From positions 92,946-156,945 of the forward strand of contig CAYFER010000002.1 in assembly GCA_964342185.1 (NCBI GenBank): 64,000 nucleotides of DNA, written 5' to 3'. Positions 27,993 to 40,536 of the stretch are shown piece after piece; the stretch's first letter is position 1; each line of letters opens with the position of its first letter. Position numbers and translations under genes: made by a program. The notes beneath the pieces are model-generated. The model was given only the letters and a program-made list of their open reading frames with translations, ran no database searches and was not told the DNA's origin. Origin of the DNA: an uncultured Vicinamibacteraceae bacterium. GTDB taxonomy: Bacteria > Acidobacteriota > Vicinamibacteria > Vicinamibacterales > UBA8438.

Positions 27993-28838
27993 CTAAGTCG
28001 ATCCAAGTAACCGCTCAATCCGCTCCTTAGTTGGCGGATGGGTACTAAAAAGCGCCATCAAGCCTCGACCTGAAAACGGTTTCATTATGAACATATGCGC
28101 GGTAGCTGGATTGGCCTCCATCGGAATTCGGCGGGCTGCCGCTTCAATCTTTTTTAGAGCATCAGCAAGGCCGTACGGACTTCCAACAATTTCAGCCGCA
28201 CCTCGGTCAGCAGCAAACTCCCGCGACCTCGAAATAGCAGCCTGAATGAGCATCGCTGACAGCGGCGCAAAAATCATCATTCCGATCAGTGCAACCGGGT
28301 TCGAACCACCACGTTCATCTCTTCCCCCAAAACCACCAAAAATTGCTGCAAACTGGGCCCACCTAGCGATCATCATCACGGTTGCGGCAACTGTGGCTGC
28401 AATCGAGCTAATCAATATGTCCCGATTTTTCACGTGAGCGAGCTCATGTGCAATAACACCTTCAAGCTCACGCTCATCTAGAACCTGAAGGATTCCTTCA
28501 GTCGCAGCAACTGCCGCATTTCTTGGATTCCGACCCGTGGCGAACGCGTTGGGCGATTTATCAGGAATTACAAAAACGCGTGGCATCGGCAAACCGGCCC
28601 GTTCAGACAATCGCTTGGTGAGTTGGTGTAATGGATGCTCCGGACCGACTGCGGCTGCTCGATACATTTTCAAGACAACCTTGTCAGAAAACCAATACGA
28701 TCCAAAGTTCATCACCACCGCCAACCCAAAAGCCATCAGCAAGCCACTTTGACCGCCAAGCAACTCGCCTATCATCAGTAAAAGGCCACTAAGTAAACCT
28801 AGAAGAAACACCGTCTTGACTGTGTTTTCCATACTCAA
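27993..28838 (-). CDS. htpX: Zinc metalloprotease HtpX (peptidase M48)
   Basis: HELAHVKNRD zinc motif, four TM segments, 281 aa. The C-terminal FSTHPPTKERI is typical of HtpX. Confidence 0.92.
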   Translation of the reverse strand: MSMENTVKTVFLLGLLSGLLLMIGELLGGQSGLLMAFGLAVVMNFGSYWFSDKVVLKMYRAAAVGPEHPLHQLTKRLSERAGLPMPRVFVIPDKSPNAFATGRNPRNAAVAATEGILQVLDERELEGVIAHELAHVKNRDILISSIAATVAATVMMIARWAQFAAIFGGFGGRDERGGSNPVALIGMMIFAPLSAMLIQAAISRSREFAADRGAAEIVGSPYGLADALKKIEAAARRIPMEANPATAHMFIMKPFSGRGLMALFSTHPPTKERIERLLGST

Positions 28839-28868
28839 ATTTCCTATCTTTCCATTGTATCAGCCCGC

Positions 28869-30014
28869 TCACTTCATCTCTCGCACTCGATCTACTAATC
28901 CGGCTACCATCGCGGCACGCCATGGAAGTTCAGCGATTTCAACATGCTCATGAAGTGCGTGAGCCCCGGCTCCAACAGCCCCTAGACCGTCGAGCGTCGG
29001 AATACCAAGCGAAGCAGTTAAATTTCCGTCCGAGGCTCCTCCAGTAGGTCCCTCACCTAATTCATAACCAAGTTCCGCCGCCACAGCTTTCGCCAGTTCG
29101 TAGAGCGCTAATACCTCCTCCGTTCGTTCGAATGGAGGACGCGAAAAGCCACCAGTTAACTGAACCGATGTGCCTGGAATCGAAGGTTTAAGACCATTGA
29201 GCGTCTTCTCAACAGTTAGGCAATCCTCAGCAGACTCAACGCGAACATCAATGAAACAACGGGCCTGCTCAGCTACTACGTTTGGAACGCTTCCGCCCTC
29301 CACCAAGCCCACGTTGACCAAAATGCCAGCTTCACGCAGTGGTTCCAAAGCAACAACCTGACGCGCCAACTCATGAATGGCACTTGCACCATTCTGCGGT
29401 TCAATACCGGCATGCGCTGAAACACCTTCTACTTTTAGTTCAAACTCGCCAACACCCTTCCGTGCGGTCTTCGCAGCTCCTCCGGGCAGTGATGGTTCCA
29501 AAACTAGAACCGCATTGCTGCGACCCGCCTCCATCTCAATAAGCTCACTCGATGTCACGCTACCGCGCTCCTCGTCGGAAGTCAGTAATACAACAACGCG
29601 TTGTCCGAACAGAGCGCCCTGCGCTTTAAGCGCGCGAATCGCAAGGATCGCAATCGCGATACCCGCCTTCATGTCATATACCCCGGGTCCATAGAGGCGT
29701 CCTTGGTGTTTATAGACCGGCATCCGGTCAGTTTGGCCAGTGGGCCACACCGTGTCGAAGTGACCAAGTAGCAAAACTTGTGGTGAACCATTTCCAAAAG
29801 TGGCTCGGATATGATTACCGGCTGAATCTTGAGCAATCTGATCAACTTCGGCGCCAATACTTTCAAAAAGGCTGACAAGTTCAACTCCGCACCTGTCGAC
29901 TGCCACTTTGTCAGGCGTGGGCGATTCCAATCGAGCCAACGAAACCGTAGTGTCAATGAGCCAAGATCGCTCTGACACACAAAACTCAAGGGCTTTATTC
30001 AAATTGAATGTCAT
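28869..30014 (-). CDS. M20-family metallopeptidase (carboxypeptidase G2 / glutamate carboxypeptidase-like)
   Basis: LLLGHFDTVWP, GPGVYDMKAG and TSDEERGS metal-ligand motifs of M20/M25/M40 enzymes, 381 aa. Confidence 0.8.
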   Translation of the reverse strand: MTFNLNKALEFCVSERSWLIDTTVSLARLESPTPDKVAVDRCGVELVSLFESIGAEVDQIAQDSAGNHIRATFGNGSPQVLLLGHFDTVWPTGQTDRMPVYKHQGRLYGPGVYDMKAGIAIAILAIRALKAQGALFGQRVVVLLTSDEERGSVTSSELIEMEAGRSNAVLVLEPSLPGGAAKTARKGVGEFELKVEGVSAHAGIEPQNGASAIHELARQVVALEPLREAGILVNVGLVEGGSVPNVVAEQARCFIDVRVESAEDCLTVEKTLNGLKPSIPGTSVQLTGGFSRPPFERTEEVLALYELAKAVAAELGYELGEGPTGGASDGNLTASLGIPTLDGLGAVGAGAHALHEHVEIAELPWRAAMVAGLVDRVREMK

Positions 30015-30066
30015 AACACTGGTCTTCCAACTTGCGAAGGCACCGCTAGCTCCTCATAATTGACAC

Positions 30067-30594
30067 ATGACTCATGGTCACCTGACCGTCACAGTAGCTC
30101 TTTTCTTCAGTGCGTCTCTCATCGCCACTTCACCGAAACTTCCTCGCCCAGCTACGATTGTCAATGCAAAGGCGATGGCGCTATCGGCACAAGTCCAGAT
30201 TTCGGCAGCAACAAATATTCCCGTTGAACCACCGACCGAAGAAACGCTGGGCGTTCCAATCTTTCCCAATGCGGTGTATCTAACCAGTTATGACGCCGGG
30301 CAGGATCAGACGTACCACCTTTTCGGAACAAATTCCCCCTTCGAGGAAATGGTTCGCTATTACACCGTTGTACTAGACGAGCGAGGTGATTCTGTTTTCA
30401 CCGCCCCCCCTGTTCACATCTTTGAAACCGGCCGCTTTCGGGAAGAAAGTATGGCCTTTCAACCGAGTGTCACCATCAAGGACTACAGCTGGAACGGCTC
30501 TGAAGGGTATCTAGACCCAAAACCCAACGGAGATCAAAGATATCGGACGGTCATTCAAATCGTTCCGGCCCCTATAGATCCAACATCGCGCTAG
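30067..30594 (+). CDS. Hypothetical exported protein
   Basis: ORF of 175 aa with a hydrophobic N-terminal signal-like segment. I recognise no family. Confidence 0.4.
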   Translation: MTHGHLTVTVALFFSASLIATSPKLPRPATIVNAKAMALSAQVQISAATNIPVEPPTEETLGVPIFPNAVYLTSYDAGQDQTYHLFGTNSPFEEMVRYYTVVLDERGDSVFTAPPVHIFETGRFREESMAFQPSVTIKDYSWNGSEGYLDPKPNGDQRYRTVIQIVPAPIDPTSR

Positions 30595-30605
30595 AAACGG
30601 CCCGG

Positions 30606-32315
<1,710 letters not shown>

Positions 32316-32417
32316 TCACTCGCCTTCTCTTTACGAAATATATCATGGCCGTTCGGTACTTCGCGGCACCAAAGGGCTAGAACGGAGCTAAGGGATTCTC
32401 TATAGTAAAATTGTTAC

Positions 32418-32870
32418 ATGCGTATCGCGCTCGGATCGGATCACGCTGGTGTTGAACTTAAAGCGCTGATCGTGCGGGAACTCGATGATCGCGAATTCGA
32501 TTGTCACGACTTTGGACCCTCTACTGATTCTCCGGTCGACTACCCTGACTATGCTGCTCGTGTGGCCGAAAGCGTCTCTTCCGGACAATTCGACAGAGGC
32601 ATTCTGATCTGCGGAACAGGAGTTGGTATGGCGATTGCCGCAAATAAGGTGCCGGGTGTCAGGGCTGCACAAGTTAATAATAGTGATGGCGCTCGCCTCA
32701 GTCGCGAGCATAATAACGCCAATATACTCACCCTGGGAGCTCGTTATACTTCTGTTGCTGAGGCATTAAAAATAGTGAACGCGTTTTTGGAGACACCTTT
32801 TAGTGGCGGTCGACACCAGCGCCGAATAGACAAAATCATGGCGCTCGAGCAAGGTGACATATCTCCGTAA
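32418..32870 (+). CDS. rpiB: Ribose-5-phosphate isomerase B
   Basis: MRIALGSDHAGVELK, ILICGTGVGMAIAANK and HNNANILTLGAR motifs, 150 aa. Confidence 0.92.
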   Translation: MRIALGSDHAGVELKALIVRELDDREFDCHDFGPSTDSPVDYPDYAARVAESVSSGQFDRGILICGTGVGMAIAANKVPGVRAAQVNNSDGARLSREHNNANILTLGARYTSVAEALKIVNAFLETPFSGGRHQRRIDKIMALEQGDISP

Positions 32871-32924
32871 GACAACTCCGGCCGCAACACTTAATTTAGG
32901 ATATAAACTCCAGAGACAACTCAT

Positions 32925-34208
32925 ATGATGAGCACGGTTGACATAAAACTCTCCGATAGTTTGATGCGCGAGATTTCCGATATCGACCAAGAAATTGCTC
33001 GGGTCGTTCAAGAAGAAGTCGACCGTCAGAACAATGGCCTTGAACTAATAGCCTCTGAAAATTTTGTGAGCGCGGCCGTTCTTAGAGTCATGGGTTCGGT
33101 GCTAACAAATAAGTATGCCGAAGGGTACCCGGGACGTCGCTATTACGGCGGGTGCGAGAACGTCGACGTCGCCGAAGAACTTGCGATCGAGCGCGCCAAG
33201 AATCTGTTTAAGGCTGAACACGCCAACGTTCAACCGCATTCGGGTGCCCAAGCAAACATGGCGGTCTATTTCGCCCATCTCAAACCTGGAGACACCGTGT
33301 TAGGTATGAACCTAGCGCACGGCGGGCATCTGACCCACGGACATCCGCTGAACTTCTCCGGTCAACTCTATGAAATTGTGCCCTACGGTGTCCGCCAAGA
33401 GGATGAAAGAATTGACTATGAAGAGTTAAATCGCCTAGCGCGGGAATATCGTCCGAAACTTATCGTTGTTGGAGCAAGTGCGTATCCCCGTTTAATTGAT
33501 TTTGAACGAATTCGCAATGTGGCCGATGAGGTTGGGGCCGCGATGATGACGGACATGGCCCACATCGCAGGTCTAGTAGCAGCCGGTATTCATCCTAGTC
33601 CTGTTCCTCATTCAGACTTTGTCACTTCGACTACTCACAAGACACTTCGTGGTCCGAGAGGAGGTTTAGTGCTTTGCCGTGGCGAACATACTAAGAACCT
33701 CAATCGCTCTCTGTTCCCTGGTGTGCAAGGGGGCCCACTGATGCACATAATCGCAGCTAAAGCGGTGTGTTTTAAAGAGGCGAGTGACCCCGGATTTGCG
33801 GAATATCAAAAACGTGTAGTGGCTAACGCCAAGCGCTTGGCGGGTTCTTTAGCATCTTCTGGTTTCAGACTTGTGAGCGGAGGGACTGACAATCATCTGT
33901 TGCTCGTTGATGTCTTCTGCAAAGGCTTAACGGGAAAGGTGTCCGAAGAAGCCCTTGGACGAGCTGGGATAACTGTCAACAAAAACGCGATTCCATTTGA
34001 TGAAAACCCTCCGATGATCGCTAGTGGTATCAGGCTCGGCACCCCGGCAGTAACAACACGGGGCATGGGCAAACCAGAAATGGATAAAATCGGAGAGCTC
34101 ATCACTCGAGTTTTGGCTGCACCAGACGATGATCAAGTAGCAACTTCCGTCCGGTCTGAAATTAGAACCTTGTGTCAAGAGTTTCCACTGTACCCCGATC
34201 TTTCGTAA
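32925..34208 (+). CDS. glyA: Serine hydroxymethyltransferase
   Basis: LELIASENF, the PLP-lysine block [14 protein letters not shown], 427 aa. Confidence 0.97.
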   Translation: MMSTVDIKLSDSLMREISDIDQEIARVVQEEVDRQNNGLELIASENFVSAAVLRVMGSVLTNKYAEGYPGRRYYGGCENVDVAEELAIERAKNLFKAEHANVQPHSGAQANMAVYFAHLKPGDTVLGMNLAHGGHLTHGHPLNFSGQLYEIVPYGVRQEDERIDYEELNRLAREYRPKLIVVGASAYPRLIDFERIRNVADEVGAAMMTDMAHIAGLVAAGIHPSPVPHSDFVTSTTHKTLRGPRGGLVLCRGEHTKNLNRSLFPGVQGGPLMHIIAAKAVCFKEASDPGFAEYQKRVVANAKRLAGSLASSGFRLVSGGTDNHLLLVDVFCKGLTGKVSEEALGRAGITVNKNAIPFDENPPMIASGIRLGTPAVTTRGMGKPEMDKIGELITRVLAAPDDDQVATSVRSEIRTLCQEFPLYPDLS

Positions 34209-34295
34209 CAAACCCGAAGCCAAATACGAAGGTGTCCAACTGGCGGACCGAGAAATACACCGTGGAAGGAGAATAATCAGCCGCAACAAACGGCT

Positions 34296-36293
34296 ATGAA
34301 TAGCGAAAGTAACACGCCAGCTGAAAGGCTAGCGACGATATTCGGAAACGACGGACCTCTCGCCGAGACGCTGCCGGCATTCGAACCACGTCCCGGCCAA
34401 CACCAAATGGCGACAGCAGTGGCTGATGTGTTTGAAAGCGGCGGTGTCTTACTCGCCCAAGCAGGAACTGGTACCGGAAAAACCCTCGCCTACCTAGTTC
34501 CTGCGGTATTAAGTGGCAAGCGAGTTCTGATCTCAACCGGCACTAAGAACCTTCAAGATCAGATTTATTACAAGGACCTTCCCACTCTTCGAGATGCCTT
34601 AGGTAATTCTTTCACGACCACTTACATGAAGGGCCGGGCAAACTACTTATGTTTACATCGATTCAGTGACATTCACGATAGTTCAGAATCTCGACCGCCG
34701 GTAGAGCGTGCCTACCTTGAAGTTGTTGGCCAATGGGCAGGACAGACCGATACGGGAGACCGCGCAGAATTGGAAGAGTTACCAGACGACGTTCCACTCT
34801 GGAATGAAATTTCAGCAACGTCGGAAAATTGTATTGGATCGGACTGTCCAGACTACGACCAATGTTTTATTACCCGGATGCGACAACGTGCGAGCGAATC
34901 GGATATCGTCATCGTCAACCACCACCTCTTTTGCGCCGATGCCGCCGTCCGGAAAAGTGCTTACGGGGAAGTAATTCCGAGCTGCAGTTACACCGTGATC
35001 GATGAAGCTCATCAACTCGAAGACGTAACCACCCAGTATTTCGGTGTCGTTGTAAGCAACTTTCGACTAGAAACACTAATCAACGACGTAAACCGTTTTC
35101 TTTTGTCGTTACCTGAAAACAACGCCCAAGCCAAGAATGAAATCCAGACGACAATCAATAAAACTAAAGACTTGGCAAAGAAGTTCTTTTCGTCGCTGAT
35201 ACTCCTAGACACGAGAACAGACCGAAGTCGGATCACAGCTAATACGCTCTCACCCATCGACGACTCAGCGCGTCAACTGATTGCTTCACTCGGGACATTA
35301 CACTCTGAGCTCAAGCAGACTACCGAACAATCTGAGGATCTTGTCGATCTAACGCATCGCATAGACGATCTACGTGCCCAGTTAGAATTTCTCTTAGATG
35401 CAACCGACCCAGACTATGTATATTTTCTTGAGATCAGAGGTAACGGCGTCTTCCTTCGTGCATCGCCAATCGATGTGTCGTCAATCGTTAGCGAAATCTT
35501 AATACAACGATACGAAGGAATCGTTTTAACCTCCGCAACATTAGCGGTAGATGAATCATTTGACTACATTCGAGGTCGACTTGGAATTATAGATTCGTTC
35601 GAAATTAACCTGCCTTCCGAGTTCGACTTTCGCCAGCAATCTGTGTTGTACCTACCAACTGAAATGCCAGACCCGAGGACTGAACGGTTTCCCTTATTTG
35701 TAGCTGATGAACTCAAGCGACTTCTAGACGTAACGAAAGGACGCGCCTTTATCTTATTCACGAGTTACTCTAATCTCTATGCCGTACAGAATCACCTTAG
35801 CGGCAAGTGTCCTTATCCCCTATTAACTCAGGGTTCGGCACCGCGGACAGCGCTACTCCGAGAGTTCCGTAACACACCCAACGCAGTCCTACTCGCAACC
35901 TCGAGTTTTTGGCAAGGGGTCGACGTGGTCGGCGAAACTCTTAGTTGCGTCGTTATTGACAAGCTGCCATTCGCGTCACCGGGAGATCCTATTGTCGCGG
36001 CCAGAATGGAAGCTATCGAAACACAAGGTGGCAATGCATTTAATGACTACCAATTACCTTTGGCCATTCTGACTCTGCTGCAAGGTTTCGGTAGACTAAT
36101 CCGCCATCGCCACGACAGAGGCATTCTGGCGTTACTTGACCCCCGTATAAAGACTAAAACGTATGGTCGGCGTTTCCTTGCCAGTCTACCTCCGTCACCC
36201 ATTACACACGACTTGGAAACAGTCAAAGCTTTCTTTAATGGCGACGACAAACAGTTTGAGACAATAACTGACGGCAGAGGAAGTCTGCGGTAG
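34296..36293 (+). CDS. dinG: DinG/XPD-family ATP-dependent DNA helicase (Fe-S type)
   Basis: Walker A AGTGTGKT, DEAH box (VIDEAHQLED), and a Cys cluster (CLHRF..., CIGSDCPDYDQC) in the position of the XPD/DinG 4Fe-4S domain. Confidence 0.85.
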   Translation: MNSESNTPAERLATIFGNDGPLAETLPAFEPRPGQHQMATAVADVFESGGVLLAQAGTGTGKTLAYLVPAVLSGKRVLISTGTKNLQDQIYYKDLPTLRDALGNSFTTTYMKGRANYLCLHRFSDIHDSSESRPPVERAYLEVVGQWAGQTDTGDRAELEELPDDVPLWNEISATSENCIGSDCPDYDQCFITRMRQRASESDIVIVNHHLFCADAAVRKSAYGEVIPSCSYTVIDEAHQLEDVTTQYFGVVVSNFRLETLINDVNRFLLSLPENNAQAKNEIQTTINKTKDLAKKFFSSLILLDTRTDRSRITANTLSPIDDSARQLIASLGTLHSELKQTTEQSEDLVDLTHRIDDLRAQLEFLLDATDPDYVYFLEIRGNGVFLRASPIDVSSIVSEILIQRYEGIVLTSATLAVDESFDYIRGRLGIIDSFEINLPSEFDFRQQSVLYLPTEMPDPRTERFPLFVADELKRLLDVTKGRAFILFTSYSNLYAVQNHLSGKCPYPLLTQGSAPRTALLREFRNTPNAVLLATSSFWQGVDVVGETLSCVVIDKLPFASPGDPIVAARMEAIETQGGNAFNDYQLPLAILTLLQGFGRLIRHRHDRGILALLDPRIKTKTYGRRFLASLPPSPITHDLETVKAFFNGDDKQFETITDGRGSLR

Positions 36294-36303
36294 ACTGAAA
36301 CAA

Positions 36304-37254
36304 ATGTTTTACGCACGTGTCTTGGCTGTCGTTGGCATCCTGACCATTTCTATGGACCCCACAATCTCCCAAACCAGCGGCACTGTTCAAGGCGTTGTTG
36401 TTGACGCCCAAGGCCAACCGATCAATGAAGCAATGATTTCTATCAATAACCTTCAAGGTGCTGATACCGCAGAGACCCAGACATCCGCCGATGGTCATTT
36501 TAGCTACAGCAGTGTAATCCCAGGTGTCTACACCATAACCGCATCGAAAAACGAGTTAGGTGGTGAAGTATTCAGGATTCGGGTCCGAGAGAATCGCACG
36601 GTTTCGGTAAATTTTGAACTCACACCTGGCCAACGCGTAGCAGCGTATCTCGGCGAAGCCGGCCAACGAGAAGCCTTATCACGTAACTTCGCGGCTGGCA
36701 TTGAGGCAAGTCGATCGGGAGATTATGAAATCTCTGTTGAAAGCTTTCTCAACACCCTTAAACTCAGCCCAACCTGTCTTGAATGTCATTTTAATCTCGC
36801 GATTTCATACACAGAATTGGGCCGTTTCACTGCTGCTGAATCTGAATTTCGTGAAGTTCTTAACCTCCGGCCTGACTATGCAGCTGCCTACTACGGTCTT
36901 TCCAGCATCTATACTCGACTTGGCCGCGATGCCGAAGCCGCTGAAGCGAGAAGTGAAGCCAATCGTCTGGCCCTTGAGCGAGTCGCGATCGGCCGCGCCC
37001 AAGCTGAGGACGCCGTCTCAAGGGGGCTGAGCTTTTTCAACGCCGGTAACATCAGTGACGCTATCACCAGATTCGAAGCTGCGGTTCAATTAGATTCCAG
37101 CTTTAGTACCGCCTACTATTGGCTGGGGGTTTCACTAGAAGAAATGAGGCGAAACGGTCCGGCCAGATTAGCACTCCAGCGATATCTCCAACTTGCAGCG
37201 GATGGCGATTTTGCAGCTGAGACTAGACAACGTCTCGAAAACCTAGGTCCTTAA
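36304..37254 (+). CDS. Secreted CarboxypepD_reg-like domain + TPR-repeat protein
   Basis: Signal peptide, an N-terminal GTVQGVVVDAQGQPI...ADGHFSY...PGVYTITASK beta-sandwich motif, then several TPR units (YYGLSSIY..., YYWLGVSLEE...). Confidence 0.65.
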   Translation: MFYARVLAVVGILTISMDPTISQTSGTVQGVVVDAQGQPINEAMISINNLQGADTAETQTSADGHFSYSSVIPGVYTITASKNELGGEVFRIRVRENRTVSVNFELTPGQRVAAYLGEAGQREALSRNFAAGIEASRSGDYEISVESFLNTLKLSPTCLECHFNLAISYTELGRFTAAESEFREVLNLRPDYAAAYYGLSSIYTRLGRDAEAAEARSEANRLALERVAIGRAQAEDAVSRGLSFFNAGNISDAITRFEAAVQLDSSFSTAYYWLGVSLEEMRRNGPARLALQRYLQLAADGDFAAETRQRLENLGP

Positions 37255-37259
37255 TTGTT

Positions 37260-37985
37260 GTGCTCCCTACTAAGAACTTAACCGACACCATCGCCGTTAA
37301 TGTAGCGCGCGTTAAGGAGCGTGTCGCTCACGCGGCCGCTAAAGTCAATCGTGACGCTACGAACATTACAGTCGTTGCGGTGTCCAAGAAATTCGGACCA
37401 GAAAGAGTCACAGCTGTCATCTCAGCTGGCCTGACAAACTTGGGAGAGAATCGAGTTCAGGAAGCAATCCAAAAAATAGATGCCGTGGATCCTATCGGTC
37501 ATTTGGGTCTCACATGGCACTTGGTGGGTCACCTACAATCAAACAAAGTCCGGAAGGCTGTAAATAGTTTTTCCTGGATCCATTCAGTTGACAGCATTGA
37601 ACTCCTGCAACAACTTGAAGATGCAGCACACCTCGCAGGAACTCGACCGAATCTCCTAATCCAAGTAGCCCTTGCGGACGAAGCCACTAAGCATGGAGCA
37701 TCGATTGATCAAACACGCAGGATTCTTGAGGTAGCAAAGGACTGTGCTTCGGTCAAAGTCCGTGGACTTATGACATTGCCACCGTTCTCAGAAAATACCG
37801 AAACAACCAGAATCTTCTTTCGCCGGCTTCACCAACTTCGTGACCAGCTTGTGCAAGACGGTATCAGTCCGATGTTATTGGAAGAATTGTCAATGGGTAT
37901 GAGCAAAGACCTTGAAGTCGCAGTTGAAGAAGGCGCCACAATTGTTCGAGTCGGCACGGCTATCTTCGGATTACGACCTAGATAA
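37260..37985 (+). CDS. yggS: YggS-family pyridoxal-phosphate homeostasis protein
   Basis: VVAVSKKF (PLP lysine), GENRVQE, WHLVGHLQSNK, and SMGMSKDLEVAVEEGATIVRVGTAIFG. GTG start. Confidence 0.9.
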   Translation: MLPTKNLTDTIAVNVARVKERVAHAAAKVNRDATNITVVAVSKKFGPERVTAVISAGLTNLGENRVQEAIQKIDAVDPIGHLGLTWHLVGHLQSNKVRKAVNSFSWIHSVDSIELLQQLEDAAHLAGTRPNLLIQVALADEATKHGASIDQTRRILEVAKDCASVKVRGLMTLPPFSENTETTRIFFRRLHQLRDQLVQDGISPMLLEELSMGMSKDLEVAVEEGATIVRVGTAIFGLRPR

Positions 37986-37994
37986 AACATCTGT

Positions 37995-38693
37995 TCAACC
38001 CAATTGGTGGAACATTCGATTCCACCGAGTGCCGCTGAAGAAATTTATGATTGTGGAGCCAAGTCGCCGGATTGTTGCTCGTAGACCAGTCTGTTCAATC
38101 AGTGGTTGATTTCCCTTGTACGACCAATAAATCATCATAGCCTTACCCTTGATATAACTTGCTGGCAACGGGCCCCAGAATCGACTGTCCTCAGAATTGT
38201 CTCGATTATCACCCATCATGAAATAGTGATTCTGGGGAATGGTGATGGGGCCATAATTGTCACGCCTGTCCAGCACAACCGCCCCAGATTCCAATGCCGG
38301 CAACTGGTCTCCCAAGTACGGTTCCTCGAGTCTCACACCATCAATGTATACCTGCTTTCGACGAACCTCAAAATTCTCACCCGGAAGACCGATAACGCGC
38401 TTTATGAAGTCCCGCTCGGGTTCCTGCGGGTACTTAAAAACCAAAATGTCCCCACGCTGGACATCCGCTTCTGGCAGTAGCACTCGCTCAAAATCAGTCA
38501 CGACCGGCCCAAAAACGAATTTGTTTACTAACAAATGGTCCCCGATAAGCAAATTTTGCTCCATAGAACCCGTAGGGATCTTAAAGGCCTGCACAACCCA
38601 CGTTCGAATAAACAATGCCAGAATCACGGCGATGACAATTGACTCAAAATACTCTCGAATTGTAGATTTTCTAGACCGGTCGGCTGAACTCAT
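37995..38693 (-). CDS. lepB: Signal peptidase I
   Basis: [10 protein letters not shown] (catalytic Ser), [18 protein letters not shown] and [14 protein letters not shown] motifs. I prefer the ATG at 38693, which overlaps the lepA stop (ATGA), over the track start at 38831. Confidence 0.9.
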   Translation of the reverse strand: MSSADRSRKSTIREYFESIVIAVILALFIRTWVVQAFKIPTGSMEQNLLIGDHLLVNKFVFGPVVTDFERVLLPEADVQRGDILVFKYPQEPERDFIKRVIGLPGENFEVRRKQVYIDGVRLEEPYLGDQLPALESGAVVLDRRDNYGPITIPQNHYFMMGDNRDNSEDSRFWGPLPASYIKGKAMMIYWSYKGNQPLIEQTGLRATIRRLGSTIINFFSGTRWNRMFHQLG

Positions 38694-40498
38694 GATTCTG
38701 TTCCAATCTTGAGTACCGCCAAAAAAGCCTCTTGCGGAATTTCTACTCGACCAACCCGCTTCATCCGCCGTTTCCCTTCCTTCTGTTTTTCCAGTAGCTT
38801 TCGCTTTCGAGTGATGTCTCCTCCATAACACTTCGCGAGCACATTCTTACGAAGTGCGCGGACCGTCTCACGTGCAATGATTCGAGTACCGACAGCAGCC
38901 TGGATCGCCACATCAAAAAGCTGACGGGGAATTAACTCACGCATCTTGGTAGCTAAAATTCGTCCACGCTGAAACGCCATGTCTCGATGAACAATGACCG
39001 ACAAGGCATCGACGGGTTCACCATTTACCAAAAGATCAAGTCTCACGAGAGGGGATTCCCAATACCCAGTCACTTGGTAGTCGAGCGAAGCATAGCCTCT
39101 CGAGACTGTCTTAAGTCGATCATAGAAGTCGAGGACAACTTCGTTAAATGGCATCTCATAAGAAATCATGACCCGATTAGATGCATGATATTCCAAAGTC
39201 TTCTGAACCCCTCGTTTCTCCTGACACAGAGTCAAAATAGCTCCAACATAGTCCACTGGAGTGAGTATCATGGCGGTAATCACGGGCTCTTCAACTTTGG
39301 CAATCTTACCAGCGTCCGGAAGCTTTGCCGGACTATCAATCTCGGTCACCTCACCGTCCGTTGTTGTTAACCGATACAACACCCCTGGGGCAGTGGTCAC
39401 AAGAGCCATATCAAATTCTCGCTCAAGCCGCTCTTGAACAACCTCCATGTGCAACAACCCTAGGAAGCCGCAACGGAACCCGAATCCGAGCGCACCGGAA
39501 GTCTCAGGTTCAAAGAAAAATGAAGAATCATTTAATCTGAGTTTCTCCAAGGCTTCACGTAGTTCCGGATACTGGTGACTCTCAACCGGATATAGACCAG
39601 CAAAAACCATCGGCTTCAATTCCATGAACCCAGCCAGCGGTTCCGCTGTCGGACGCGTGCTTTCCGTAACCGTGTCACCGATCTTTGCGTCACCTACGTT
39701 CTTAATACCAACTATGACGAAACCCACCTCACCCACACCGATGGATTCCATGGAAACTGGTTTAGGTGAAAACACCCCAACCTGTTCGACCTCGTAATCC
39801 CGTGCAGAAGCCATAAATCGAACTCTCATTTTCTGGCGAATTTCGCCATCAATAACGCGAACCAGAACCACAACTCCTCGATACTCGTCGTACCAAGAAT
39901 CAAAAATCAATGCTTTAAGAGGACTTCGTGGTTCACCCGTAGGTGGAGGCACACGACTGACGATCGCTTCCAAAATATCGTCAACCCCTTTTCCTTCTTT
40001 TGCACTAGCGTGGATCGTGACTGATGAATCAAGGCCAACAAGATCCTCAATCTGCAGGGACACTTCCTCAATCTGCGCGCCCGGCAGGTCTATCTTGTTG
40101 ATGACCGGAATGATCTCTAGGTTGCCATCAACCGCAAGGTAAGCATTCGCAACAGTCTGTGCCTCGACACCTTGGGAAGCGTCTACAAGTAGCAGGGCAC
40201 CTTCACAAGCAGATAGTGACCGAGTGACCTCATACGAGAAGTCTACGTGTCCAGGAGTATCGATTAGATTCAGTATATAAGTTTGACTGTCACGGGCTGT
40301 GTAAGAAAGCCGGACCGTCTGCGCCTTGATCGTTATTCCCCGTTCGCGCTCAAGATCCATGCTGTCAAGTACCTGAGCCTCCATCTCACGAGGTCTCAAC
40401 GCTCCAGTCGCTTCTAACAGCCGATCGGCAAGCGTGGATTTGCCATGATCGATGTGCGCAATAATGGAGAAATTTCTTATGCGACGATGTTCCATCAA
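38690..40498 (-). CDS. lepA: Elongation factor 4
   Basis: [20 protein letters not shown], the G-domain motifs, a LepA-specific C-terminal domain, 602 aa. Confidence 0.97.
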   Translation of the reverse strand: MMEHRRIRNFSIIAHIDHGKSTLADRLLEATGALRPREMEAQVLDSMDLERERGITIKAQTVRLSYTARDSQTYILNLIDTPGHVDFSYEVTRSLSACEGALLLVDASQGVEAQTVANAYLAVDGNLEIIPVINKIDLPGAQIEEVSLQIEDLVGLDSSVTIHASAKEGKGVDDILEAIVSRVPPPTGEPRSPLKALIFDSWYDEYRGVVVLVRVIDGEIRQKMRVRFMASARDYEVEQVGVFSPKPVSMESIGVGEVGFVIVGIKNVGDAKIGDTVTESTRPTAEPLAGFMELKPMVFAGLYPVESHQYPELREALEKLRLNDSSFFFEPETSGALGFGFRCGFLGLLHMEVVQERLEREFDMALVTTAPGVLYRLTTTDGEVTEIDSPAKLPDAGKIAKVEEPVITAMILTPVDYVGAILTLCQEKRGVQKTLEYHASNRVMISYEMPFNEVVLDFYDRLKTVSRGYASLDYQVTGYWESPLVRLDLLVNGEPVDALSVIVHRDMAFQRGRILATKMRELIPRQLFDVAIQAAVGTRIIARETVRALRKNVLAKCYGGDITRKRKLLEKQKEGKRRMKRVGRVEIPQEAFLAVLKIGTES

Positions 40499-40536
40499 CT
40501 ATTCAGCAAGGATTCTCGCCGATTCGATCTCTACAA

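Noticed and set aside
37995-38831. Long form of LepB starting at 38831 and overlapping lepA by about 140 nt
   Set aside because: The extra 46 residues are Arg/Lys/Gly-rich with no TM segment. The ATG at 38693 gives a canonical ATGA stop-start overlap with lepA and a normal LepB N-terminus.
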